64,000 nucleotides of DNA, from the IMG/VR virus record IMGVR_UViG_2595698902_000001, positions 216,539 through 280,538 of that record; one strand, given 5' to 3'. The position numbers and the translations under genes were made by a program. Shown here piece after piece: positions 36,875-45,503 of the stretch (the stretch's first letter is position 1; every line of letters starts with the position of its first letter). Below the pieces are notes generated by a model. The model was not told the origin of the DNA. It saw only the letters and a list, made by a program, of their open reading frames with translations, and ran no database searches. Source of the DNA: a virus (lineage: Duplodnaviria; Caudoviricetes).

Positions 36875-37677
36875 TCAACCATGCGACGGAGAACGTATTC
36901 AGCGTTGCGCTGGGTCAGTGGCATTTCACGCATACGGCCAATCACGATTTGGAAAATTGGCAGCGGCAGCGCGGTGGTTTCGGTTGCCGGTTCTTTCTTG
37001 CGCACGCTGGTATGGTGGAAGAAATTCACCGACACGTTCAAACGCGTTTCGATCAGCTCGCGCAGTTGGTTAAGATCGGTATCAACGTGCGGAATGTTCG
37101 CCTCGTCTTGCGTGATGTAATCGGTAGTGCAGAAGCCGCCTTTGTATGCAGGACCGACGATGATTTGCGGTGGCGCCGGTTTGCAGGCAAACGTGTTTTC
37201 TTCTTCACGTTCTACCGGGATTTCTTCATCGGTTTCTTCGTCGTCTTCTTCGTCGTCGATGCCGCAAATGTCTTCGGCCAGTTCAGGGAATTGCCCACGA
37301 ATGGATTCAGCGAACTGTTGGGCAAACCAATCAGGCGATTTCTCGACCACTTTCAGGACGGTGCCACCTTTGGACATTTTCGAGTCTTTGGTATCGAAAA
37401 CCCAATCGGCCAGCGTCTGCACTTGACCGAGCAACTCTTCAATTTTTTCTTCGGTGAAATCGCGCAGTGCGTATGCCGCTTCACGTTGGGATTTGTCGTC
37501 GCAATTTGCGTCGTTGTCGAGGAACTGTTCGCAAAGGTGTTCGTATAACGTGCTATCAACGAAACGTTCGCAAAGGATTTTACGCAGCGCTTTAATACCT
37601 TCCGCTGCGCGACCGTCGCATTCACCGCCCAGCAAAACGTTGGCGATATCCCGAGTGATTGCTTTATGCTTTTTCAT
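36847..37677 (-). CDS. hypothetical protein with acidic linker
   Basis: 276 aa ORF, first gene after a promoter. Confidence 0.7.
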   Translation of the reverse strand: MKKHKAITRDIANVLLGGECDGRAAEGIKALRKILCERFVDSTLYEHLCEQFLDNDANCDDKSQREAAYALRDFTEEKIEELLGQVQTLADWVFDTKDSKMSKGGTVLKVVEKSPDWFAQQFAESIRGQFPELAEDICGIDDEEDDEETDEEIPVEREEENTFACKPAPPQIIVGPAYKGGFCTTDYITQDEANIPHVDTDLNQLRELIETRLNVSVNFFHHTSVRKKEPATETTALPLPIFQIVIGRMREMPLTQRNAEYVLRRMVDCGVQLFAK

Positions 37678-37765
37678 GTCTCTAAACCCTTTCGTAAACT
37701 TACGCTAATTCGTGAGTGTTGTTCGCTGGGCGAAGGCTAGCCGTGCCAAGTGCAGGCCAGCCGCC

Positions 37766-37795
37766 ATTATACCCGTGCTAGGGCCTCCCGGTCAA
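37766..37795 (-). promoter_or_regulatory. sigma70-type early promoter followed by a stem-loop
   Basis: TTGACC-N18-TATAAT-GGCGGC, then hairpin GGCUGGCC...GGCUAGCC. Confidence 0.7.
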
Positions 37796-38685
37796 GCTTG
37801 GGGTGCCTGCTCGCGGTGGTCTACTGCGCCCGGTCCGCGCCCCTCAATGGGCCACGTCTCTAACGGGGTGCCATCGCCGTATACCGCATGACGCAAGCGC
37901 TCATACAAACCCAAATGAACGGCGTGTACCCGTTCCATTAGGTAGCGTTTGTTTTTGAACGTTGGTTGCACACGCGAACCCAAGAACGTGTTAAGCGTGT
38001 AATTGGTTGGCGCTTTATCACCAAAGAACGCCCAGCGGTAAGTTTCGTGAATATGCCGAACGTGTTCATCTTCAATCTGGCCGTGTTGCTCAACCGCGTT
38101 GAAGAAATCCATAACGTTCATGAACGGGAAATACTTGGCGTTCCGGCACGGATAGAATTCCGCACCTTCGGCAATGTGCAGCAGCTGGCGACCGATGAAA
38201 ACGTAGCGGAACATCTGCTTGCGGTATTTCGCCAGCAATTCGGGATCGTCTTTCGCGTGCTCCATTTTCTGCAAACGCTGTATCGTGTTGCCGATACACG
38301 ACCGCAGGATTTCCCGCGAATCGTAGCAGGTATCGAACAGCTCGACCAGATCGTTACGGATTTCTTCGGAACCCCACGCCAGCGGCGAATGCAGGTTTTC
38401 GTAAGCTGCAAAAGACGACTTGGAAATCAGCTGCAAGAACCGCTCAATCGTGCAGAACTGGAATTCAAAATCTTGCCCAGTGACCAAACATTTGATCTTG
38501 CGGCGTTTCGAGCCACGCGGGAAGTGCATGAAACTCAGCTCGCGATCAAAGCCGACCATTGCGATATCGAAGTCGGAATCAGGGCGGTTAGTGCCCCATG
38601 CGCGGCTACCAACGTTCGACACAAGAATCGGTTTTACTTTCAGGGCGTGCTCTGCCCAAGAATACGGCAAATCAGGCAGGATCAT
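37792..38685 (-). CDS. Pol-beta-superfamily nucleotidyltransferase (RlaP/YcgL/T4 NrdC.11-like)
   Basis: VGSRAWGTNRPDSDFD (GS-x-DxD), later E.L.SP. Confidence 0.8.
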   Translation of the reverse strand: MILPDLPYSWAEHALKVKPILVSNVGSRAWGTNRPDSDFDIAMVGFDRELSFMHFPRGSKRRKIKCLVTGQDFEFQFCTIERFLQLISKSSFAAYENLHSPLAWGSEEIRNDLVELFDTCYDSREILRSCIGNTIQRLQKMEHAKDDPELLAKYRKQMFRYVFIGRQLLHIAEGAEFYPCRNAKYFPFMNVMDFFNAVEQHGQIEDEHVRHIHETYRWAFFGDKAPTNYTLNTFLGSRVQPTFKNKRYLMERVHAVHLGLYERLRHAVYGDGTPLETWPIEGRGPGAVDHREQAPQA

Positions 38686-39040
38686 TTTCGTTCTCAGGCT
38701 TTGCCATAGTCAGCGTGATTGTTGGTGGGTTATTTTTGATTGCTTCGTAAACCGCGCCTTGCTCCAGAATGCTAACGCGTTTGCCTTTGTAGGATTTCGC
38801 GTTGCCCTTGTCGTCAACCACGAACACAGCCGACGCCACATGCGTGTAGGAATTCGGCGGCACTTCGCATTCGATTTGCAGACCGATGAAACCACGCACA
38901 CGAAACGCATTACCGATCAGATGGTCAATGTATTTGTGAATTTGCGCAGGCTGGATTACCTTGCGCGATTCTTCCGCCGCCTTTTCGGCAACGATGCGCA
39001 ATGCGGCTGGCGCCGGGTAAAGCAGGATGAACTTTTGCAT
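38672..39040 (-). CDS. hypothetical protein
   Basis: 122 aa ORF. Confidence 0.65.
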   Translation of the reverse strand: MQKFILLYPAPAALRIVAEKAAEESRKVIQPAQIHKYIDHLIGNAFRVRGFIGLQIECEVPPNSYTHVASAVFVVDDKGNAKSYKGKRVSILEQGAVYEAIKNNPPTITLTMAKPENENDPA

Positions 39041-39042
39041 TT

Positions 39043-39900
39043 TTAATCGTCCCCTTCGTCGCTGTCGTCGTCTACGTCAAACTCGAAACGTTTAGCCAGA
39101 TCGGCAACCGAACCCTTCATTACCTGCACCACGGAATCGGATGCAGAGCCACGGAAAGAAAGTTGCATTTCTTCGTGGTCATCAGTGAGCGGCCACGGGT
39201 CATCTAGGCGCACAATGCGTCCGCGTTGGTCATTGTCCAGAAACACGGTTTCATTTTTGGCAATTGCTTCGGCGAAACGATCAATGCGGGTCGAACGCTC
39301 AAACACGACTTTCATTGCGCTAGGCAGGAACTGATAAACCTCGTCGTAGTCGCCAGCCTCGTAGTCGGTGTGCGCCGGTTGGTTTTCACTCAAATGGAAC
39401 AGATGCACAGCACGCGCCGCGTAACCAAACGACGGGCCGCGATAGACCAGCCGCGTACCGGCGTCGAGATAGCGCATTTCGTTGCGGCCATTCAACACTT
39501 CGATATCGCTGGTGATGATGAATTCTTTTTCCTGCATTTGCTTCACTTGCTGATAGCAGGAATGCTCGAAGTTATGCAGGACCGAGGAAATCAAATCGAA
39601 ACCAGAATACGGCGGCGATTTGATATTGAGGTTGGTGGATTCCAGCACGGCTTCGTCAGCTGCGCCGCGTGTGCTGATGCCCAGCGTATCCGACGTACCA
39701 AAGCAGGAAAAACCGAGCAGGCCAGTGGTGCAGAAACCGGCGCCGACTACCGTAACTTTTTCTACTGGAATGTCGTACATTTCAGCCATGCGTTTCTTGG
39801 CGTCTTCCGCAACGTCTGCGTGAACAAACATTTCATGGAAGGTCATACCCAGTTCAAAAAGCATTTCGTTTTTCTGAGCTTGCAGCGTGATGTATTTCAT
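39043..39900 (-). CDS. family B domain fused to an unknown C-terminal region
   Basis: MKYIT..F...FVH..VVGAGFC...CFGTSDTLGISTRG..D. Confidence 0.7.
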   Translation of the reverse strand: MKYITLQAQKNEMLFELGMTFHEMFVHADVAEDAKKRMAEMYDIPVEKVTVVGAGFCTTGLLGFSCFGTSDTLGISTRGAADEAVLESTNLNIKSPPYSGFDLISSVLHNFEHSCYQQVKQMQEKEFIITSDIEVLNGRNEMRYLDAGTRLVYRGPSFGYAARAVHLFHLSENQPAHTDYEAGDYDEVYQFLPSAMKVVFERSTRIDRFAEAIAKNETVFLDNDQRGRIVRLDDPWPLTDDHEEMQLSFRGSASDSVVQVMKGSVADLAKRFEFDVDDDSDEGDD

Positions 39901-40217
39901 TTCTCTTCCTCGATTGCTTCAACTTTTACGATGCGGAAACAAGTTTCTTTGACTTCCGCAATCAATGCTTTTGCCTTACAGCCTAATGTCCGCCAGTCTG
40001 TGAAACCGGGCAGCCTATAGGTTGCGCATTCCACACCGTAAGTATTTTCAATTTTGTAATAGGTTCCGGCTGGTTTGTAAGGCAACTCGAATTCGCGATA
40101 ATGCGTGGCACCATCGGGCGGACGAAACATAACCCGTAAAACCCGCCCGTCTACGTCATACAAGTTCCAACCCTCTTTGGGGCGGAGTTGAACAGATTCT
40201 GTAGGGGCTATTTTCAC
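39897..40217 (-). CDS. hypothetical protein
   Basis: 106 aa ORF. Confidence 0.6.
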   Translation of the reverse strand: MKIAPTESVQLRPKEGWNLYDVDGRVLRVMFRPPDGATHYREFELPYKPAGTYYKIENTYGVECATYRLPGFTDWRTLGCKAKALIAEVKETCFRIVKVEAIEEEK

Positions 40218-40432
40218 TTCTTCTCTTTCTCGAAAATGTAGGCGCCTAGCGGTCTGATAAAGAACGGCAGCGGGATCACGATGATCAGCACAAGCTGCAC
40301 GAACTCTACCGCCAGTTTGTATTCACTAAAACCAAAGTGAGCGATCAGGGCGATTACCGTGTAGATAACAGAACACCAGATTAGCCATCTTGCTTTGCGG
40401 CTAATTGGTGACGCTTTAGCGTCGTGTGTCAT
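40214..40432 (-). CDS. small two-TM membrane protein
   Basis: Two hydrophobic segments. Confidence 0.6.
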   Translation of the reverse strand: MTHDAKASPISRKARWLIWCSVIYTVIALIAHFGFSEYKLAVEFVQLVLIIVIPLPFFIRPLGAYIFEKEKK

Positions 40433-40992
40433 ATTTTGCCCTCACGTTTAGCGCGTCTGTATGACTCAAGGAACTGGCGTTTTCTGTAGCGCCGAACATC
40501 CTTGAACAAACGGCCAAAAGTCACCGACGTGTAATCGCCTTCGACATACGAAACGCCTGTGCGTTCGGCAGCAGCTTTCATGTCGGCGGGGCCGAAACCA
40601 GTGTCGGGAACATACACAAAGTTTTTGGCAAAGAATTGTTGCGAACCTTCCCAGCCAACTTCGCCGGTAATTACCCGGTCGCCTTGCCCACCAGCAGTAC
40701 GCAAAGCGCGCAGCATTTTTGTAGCAATGCCTTGGCGACGATGCTCGGGCTTCACGTAAAATTCTGCGTGCCCTTTGTTGACGTAGAAAACCAGAACGCC
40801 AATCGCGTCGGTGTCACGCTGGTTTTCGTAGGCGACGATCAGCATCACTTTCTGTTTGCGGTACGTGCCTACGCTTGCCAGCTCGGGCCACACGTAACGC
40901 AAGTTGCCAATCTTTTCGTACAGGTTTTGGTGGCACAGAAAAGAAGCGGCGTGGCGGACTGATTCTGGCGATGTGTGCAGGAGAAAAATCAT
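40429..40992 (-). CDS. GNAT acetyltransferase
   Basis: FYVKPEHRRQGIATKML (acetyl-CoA-binding motif A). Confidence 0.85.
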   Translation of the reverse strand: MIFLLHTSPESVRHAASFLCHQNLYEKIGNLRYVWPELASVGTYRKQKVMLIVAYENQRDTDAIGVLVFYVNKGHAEFYVKPEHRRQGIATKMLRALRTAGGQGDRVITGEVGWEGSQQFFAKNFVYVPDTGFGPADMKAAAERTGVSYVEGDYTSVTFGRLFKDVRRYRKRQFLESYRRAKREGKI

Positions 40993-41486
40993 TGCGGGAA
41001 CCGCTTTTTAGCCATGAAACGGTTATCGACCAGCGGGCGAGTGAATTCCGCAAACTCGATTTCATCCAGCACGAAATGCGCGCCCATGCACATACGTTCG
41101 ATGTGGGAGAAAACCGAATCCATACGCGCATGATCAGCAGGCCACGTACACAGCAATTGCGTGATGTAGCAGGCAAACACGGTCGCCAACTCTTCGACAA
41201 CAATGCTGCGTTTTTCTGGATCGGCAGGCAGGTGAATTTCTGCGCCCATGAATTCCAGCGGCTTACGGGAACGCATACAGTTGTACCAGCCTTCCCAATC
41301 GGCCTGCACATATTTGTTCACGTATTTGCCGTAAGCATCGCGCTCTTTAACATACGACGGATTGCATTTCTCGAAATCGGCACGCCATACAGCTTCGCGT
41401 TCGGCATTCGCCTTGGCTGCGTCTTCTGGCAGAGTTTTCAGGCGGCGCACGATTTCAGCGGCGGCTTCTTTGTTGATTTTGGTCAT
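40989..41486 (-). CDS. hypothetical protein
   Basis: 165 aa ORF. Confidence 0.65.
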   Translation of the reverse strand: MTKINKEAAAEIVRRLKTLPEDAAKANAEREAVWRADFEKCNPSYVKERDAYGKYVNKYVQADWEGWYNCMRSRKPLEFMGAEIHLPADPEKRSIVVEELATVFACYITQLLCTWPADHARMDSVFSHIERMCMGAHFVLDEIEFAEFTRPLVDNRFMAKKRFPQ

Positions 41487-41731
41487 TTCTTCTTCCTCGA
41501 TTGCTTCCGCATTTTCTTCTTCGCTTTACGTGCTGCGCGATGCTTTTGCGCACCCGGTTGACCAGCACCAGAGGTACGCGAAGCGGTGCGCCCCGTGTAA
41601 CGCGGGCTGTCCCATTCCGGCGCTGCCTTTTGCGGCGACAGGGAATTCATTGCACCGAGGCTAGCAGCCAACGCCAGCGCAGAAAATTTCAACATACCGG
41701 AACTCATTGCGGGTAATCCTCGTTCGGACAA
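41483..41731 (-). CDS. small basic protein
   Basis: Lys/Arg-rich C-terminus; start uncertain. Confidence 0.5.
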   Translation of the reverse strand: MSERGLPAMSSGMLKFSALALAASLGAMNSLSPQKAAPEWDSPRYTGRTASRTSGAGQPGAQKHRAARKAKKKMRKQSRKKK

Positions 41732-42360
41732 TCTTTCGCGATCAGGCTGTAATTCTTAATCATCTTGAGCCATTCTTTCCACGGCAGACGCGGCAGGAAA
41801 TCAGTCGCACCACGTTTGACTATGTAACCGGTCAGATACCGACGCATTCGTTTGCACACAAAACGGATACCGGCGTCGCTAACATCGGCCACATAAAAAT
41901 CGCCGTATATTTTCAGCACGTCGCCATCTTTGATTTCGGCGGGCAGATTGTCGGTATGCGGCAAGTCCACTTCAATTGCACGTTCTGAATACTGAATGCA
42001 GTCCGCTTCATAGTCCGCGACCATGCCTATGCGCATGTTGTACATGCTGCCGGGGTCGCGAATGCTTTCTAGCTCAGCTTTAAGCAGGCGCTCGTAGTTT
42101 TCTTTGATAATTTTTTCTACGATAACAATGCCTGCGTCTGTGAGCGCGGTAGTGCCTTCGTCACCGCCTTTTACGTAGGCCGTCGCAAGGTGAACGTTTT
42201 CAACGCCGTTAACGTCCACGCCTGTGTAAACGATCACGCCGAAATCAGATTCTTCGTTGTCGATTACCACGAAATCTTTGTAGTTCGGCGACAGAGTGTC
42301 AAGCCAGTTATCTACCAGTTCGCTGATTGCGTATTTCAGGTTAGAAAAATCGAGATTCAT
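41704..42360 (-). CDS. hypothetical protein
   Basis: 218 aa ORF. Confidence 0.7.
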   Translation of the reverse strand: MNLDFSNLKYAISELVDNWLDTLSPNYKDFVVIDNEESDFGVIVYTGVDVNGVENVHLATAYVKGGDEGTTALTDAGIVIVEKIIKENYERLLKAELESIRDPGSMYNMRIGMVADYEADCIQYSERAIEVDLPHTDNLPAEIKDGDVLKIYGDFYVADVSDAGIRFVCKRMRRYLTGYIVKRGATDFLPRLPWKEWLKMIKNYSLIAKDCPNEDYPQ

Positions 42361-42369
42361 AAGTCTTCC

Positions 42370-42726
42370 TCAAAGTTCCGTCAATGGTCGGCGCTCAATC
42401 AAATGCGCACGGGTTTTCTTGAAAGCAACCTGTCCGTCAAAGAAGCACAGCGCGCTAGACCTTGTGACTTCATACACACCAACAGCGAAGCCGTGGGCGT
42501 GGAATTTTTCCCGGTGGCGCTTCGGTACAAATTGACGCATTAATTTCAGGTTGCGCCAGCCGTACACGTATTCAGACAATTGCTTGAACTGCTTAGGCGT
42601 GTGGCCGATTGATTCCAGCATTCCGGGCGAGTCTGGATCGTGGTGCTGTTTTAGCCACATGCAGCATTCTTGCTCGCCGTAGAAAGGCCCGTGCCCGTCT
42701 ATGGTTTCCAGCCGGTAAATCACCAC
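42370..42726 (-). CDS. hypothetical phage protein
   Basis: IYRLE..DGHGPF...QVAF. Confidence 0.65.
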   Translation of the reverse strand: MVIYRLETIDGHGPFYGEQECCMWLKQHHDPDSPGMLESIGHTPKQFKQLSEYVYGWRNLKLMRQFVPKRHREKFHAHGFAVGVYEVTRSSALCFFDGQVAFKKTRAHLIERRPLTEL

Positions 42727-43070
42727 GGCGACACGCGCCAGTATTCCAAACTACTGCGCAGCTTTTTCATGTCGTTTTCACTAACGCCACGCGATTCTGC
42801 CAGTTGGAAAATTTCTTCACGCACTTGATCGACCAGATTGCAGCGCGCTTTGTACTCAGGATTCCATTTGCATTCACTGACCAAACCGACCTTCATAAAG
42901 TTCGGAGTGAATTCGTATTTCGCACCACAGGAAAACTCAACGGATTCGTTCCAGTGACCGTTGCAGTGTTTGCCCCAGCGGCGAGTTTCCTTTACGTCGG
43001 ATTTGCCGCACTTCGGGCAGCAAGTTACTTCGGAAATGCGGTTGATACCAATCTGATAGTTAGGCTGCAC
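42720..43070 (-). CDS. Zn-binding hypothetical protein
   Basis: CPKCG...HCNG...F.CG...C. Confidence 0.65.
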   Translation of the reverse strand: MQPNYQIGINRISEVTCCPKCGKSDVKETRRWGKHCNGHWNESVEFSCGAKYEFTPNFMKVGLVSECKWNPEYKARCNLVDQVREEIFQLAESRGVSENDMKKLRSSLEYWRVSPW

Positions 43071-43329
43071 GTTTCTTCTTTCCTTGTACCTTGGTTATGA
43101 AGTGGGCGCGTTCATCATCGCTCCACCTTTCGGTAATCATCCCACAGCATTTGGCGATTTGCCCATTGCCTAAACCGGGGAATAATTTCAGAAGTTCATC
43201 CTTGATAAACTCTGCTTTGGATTTCGGGTAACGGCGAACCAGATTGACGATGCAGCGCACCACGTCGAAGTCGTCATGATCAATGTCAAACGGTTCGTCT
43301 TCTTCCGCTTTTTTCTTCGCCATACCCAC
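43060..43329 (-). CDS. hypothetical protein
   Basis: About 89 aa ORF. Confidence 0.6.
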   Translation of the reverse strand: MGMAKKKAEEDEPFDIDHDDFDVVRCIVNLVRRYPKSKAEFIKDELLKLFPGLGNGQIAKCCGMITERWSDDERAHFITKVQGKKKRAA

Positions 43330-43336
43330 CTCGGTA

Positions 43337-43358
43337 GGAGGGGACCGAAATCCCCTCC
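43337..43358 (-). terminator. UUCG-tetraloop stem-loop downstream of the LemA-like gene
   Basis: GGAGGGGAU-UUCG-GUCCCCUCC. Confidence 0.6.
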
Positions 43359-43366
43359 AACTCTAA

Positions 43367-43963
43367 TCAGTTTTTCTTGGCGCCGGGCAGATCGTACAGG
43401 CCTTGGTCTTGGCCGGTTTCAAACGACAGTTTTGCTTTGTCGTTCATCAGCGGCGCGTACTTGTCGAGGCCATCATTACAGCCGATTGCCAGCTTGGCCG
43501 AACCCATGATACCGATCACAATGTTATTCGGGAAAGTACCGCGATAGGTACAGGCAGCAGTTTTGCGGTCGGTCATCATGTTTTCTTGAACCAAAAACTT
43601 CTCACGGCCTTGGTCAATCAGGTTGATGATTTTCTCAGCCAGCGCCTGCGAAGGTGCAATGTTGTTTTCTTGCAGGAACAGCATGGTCGCTTTCAGACCG
43701 CCATCACCGGCACGGGTAGCGATTTGTTCGTTAACCGTTTTGCGGATGTTTTCAACGTTCATGTCTTGAACGCCAATTGCTTCTTTGATTTTCTGGCTGA
43801 TGTTGGACAGGGTAGCTTGACGCGCTTTGTTCGCGCCTACGATACCCGCTTCCTGCCGAACCACGTTGTTGTTGATCGACGCGCCCCACACAACCAGCAG
43901 GACTACGATGCCTAGTGCAACCAGACCAATGACGCCAGCGCTACCACGTTGCTTCGATTTCAT
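43367..43963 (-). CDS. LemA-like membrane-anchored helical protein
   Basis: N-terminal TM then N..V..E, a helical core and C-terminal TFPNNIV. Confidence 0.65.
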   Translation of the reverse strand: MKSKQRGSAGVIGLVALGIVVLLVVWGASINNNVVRQEAGIVGANKARQATLSNISQKIKEAIGVQDMNVENIRKTVNEQIATRAGDGGLKATMLFLQENNIAPSQALAEKIINLIDQGREKFLVQENMMTDRKTAACTYRGTFPNNIVIGIMGSAKLAIGCNDGLDKYAPLMNDKAKLSFETGQDQGLYDLPGAKKN

Positions 43964-44203
43964 TTACTGCTTTTCCTTTTGAGGATCAAAGTTCCAGTTT
44001 GTGTTGACGCCGCACCAGTGCAGCGCCGATATTACTTCGCGTTGTTTCTTGCAGGTGTCGAAATACATTTTGAAGCAGCTAGGCATTTCTTTCACACGTA
44101 CAAAATCCACCGCGAATCCTTCTGCCAAGTGATAGATAATGTCGTTCATGTTCGGAACGACATACCCGCGATACACGTCCTTTCGGATGCGTACCTTAAT
44201 CAC
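43964..44203 (-). CDS. hypothetical protein
   Basis: 79 aa ORF. Confidence 0.6.
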   Translation of the reverse strand: MIKVRIRKDVYRGYVVPNMNDIIYHLAEGFAVDFVRVKEMPSCFKMYFDTCKKQREVISALHWCGVNTNWNFDPQKEKQ

Positions 44204-45255
44204 CAGTATGCCCGCCGTCTGCTAAACAAACGGTAGCGGTCGCTCATATTATTTACAGTTAACGTCATGCCGATAACGATCAGCGCAACGATCAGAATAT
44301 CCAGCCACAAAGGCGGCGCGTATTCAGCTTCAAGGAAGTCGTATTTGCGCAGGTCTTCCCGGTAGAACAGAGGCAACGCACCATTGAGAACGTTTACGAC
44401 TTTTTCCGGGCTGTATTCGCCCAGCGCTTTCGACTCTTCCAGCAGACGCTGGGTAAACGACCGGCCCTTTTCGTCGGTAGCGTTATCGGACGAACGCCCG
44501 AACACACGCACGTCGTCAACTTTGTTTTCGTTGTCGAGTTTCAGAATCAAAACAGCATCGTTTTTCTTGCCGCCCTGCCATTTGGTGTAAAGCGCTTCTT
44601 TGAACGACGCAATGTCAGTGCCGCTGTTCAGAATTACCACAATTGCGTTTACGCCATACGACGGTCCCCAACTGCGGTGGGCAATGCTCAGCGCTTTCGA
44701 CAATTCGCGCTGGTCTACGGAGTCCACCAGCGAGAACGCCCGCGCCACTTTGAAACCGCCGTAGATTGCCGGGTAAGGAGGCAACCAACCTTTGTATTCC
44801 AGTTCGCGATTGAACTTCACCGTCTGACTAGAAACACGCTGGTAATTCTTGAAGGTTCGCGTATCGGAATACGGATCACCAATGTGCGTAGCGGCATAGA
44901 TTTCCGGCTCACGGTTTTTGTTATAGGTGTAATCGCTATAACTATCCCCGATGTTGGAAATAACATCCCAACGCCAGCGCGGAATTTCCCGCGTGCAATA
45001 CTTTGCGTTGCCATGCGAGTCGTGGCCGCAAATGTAGGTTTCGATTTCCGCATCATACACACGCTGTTTCTTGACGACGGCACCGCTAATCAGTTCGGTA
45101 TCGTTTGCAGAAACTGCGAGCGGAACGTAGTAACCAGCCAAGGCAATTACTGCGCCCAAAACAGCAGCGTAAAGCGTTGGTTCCGGGTCGCGAAACTTGG
45201 CGTACAAAATCCCAAGCAACAACACGACCACAAACAGGTAAATGAAAAGTGACAT
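44200..45255 (-). CDS. membrane protein with periplasmic TPM-like domain
   Basis: Two N-terminal TMs and one C-terminal TM; VNAIVVI...LYTKWQGGKKNDAVLIL resembles TPM/DUF477. Confidence 0.6.
   Translation of the reverse strand: MSLFIYLFVVVLLLGILYAKFRDPEPTLYAAVLGAVIALAGYYVPLAVSANDTELISGAVVKKQRVYDAEIETYICGHDSHGNAKYCTREIPRWRWDVISNIGDSYSDYTYNKNREPEIYAATHIGDPYSDTRTFKNYQRVSSQTVKFNRELEYKGWLPPYPAIYGGFKVARAFSLVDSVDQRELSKALSIAHRSWGPSYGVNAIVVILNSGTDIASFKEALYTKWQGGKKNDAVLILKLDNENKVDDVRVFGRSSDNATDEKGRSFTQRLLEESKALGEYSPEKVVNVLNGALPLFYREDLRKYDFLEAEYAPPLWLDILIVALIVIGMTLTVNNMSDRYRLFSRRRAYW
44250..44260 (-). promoter_or_regulatory. AACTGTAAATA motif
   Basis: Perfect copy about 50 nt upstream of the next start. 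Confidence 0.55.
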
Positions 45256-45263
45256 GGCGGTCC

Positions 45264-45503
45264 TTAGCAGCTACGGCTAGTCAGTTTGTTTTTCGCTTCG
45301 TCCCACGGCACAACACCGGCGCTGATGTTTTGCGGATCGCGCACGACCAGCTCATAGCGGAAACCGTGTTTGCTATCACCGTAACCAGCAACCAGCCTGC
45401 CGCACTGGCAATTCATCCAGCGGAACGGAAAGCCTGCGCTATGGAGCGCGTAAGCGATATGGATTTTATCGTTCGTCGTCAGCAGACCGTTATCCTCAGT
45501 CAT
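45264..45503 (-). CDS. hypothetical protein
   Basis: 79 aa ORF. Confidence 0.6.
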   Translation of the reverse strand: MTEDNGLLTTNDKIHIAYALHSAGFPFRWMNCQCGRLVAGYGDSKHGFRYELVVRDPQNISAGVVPWDEAKNKLTSRSC

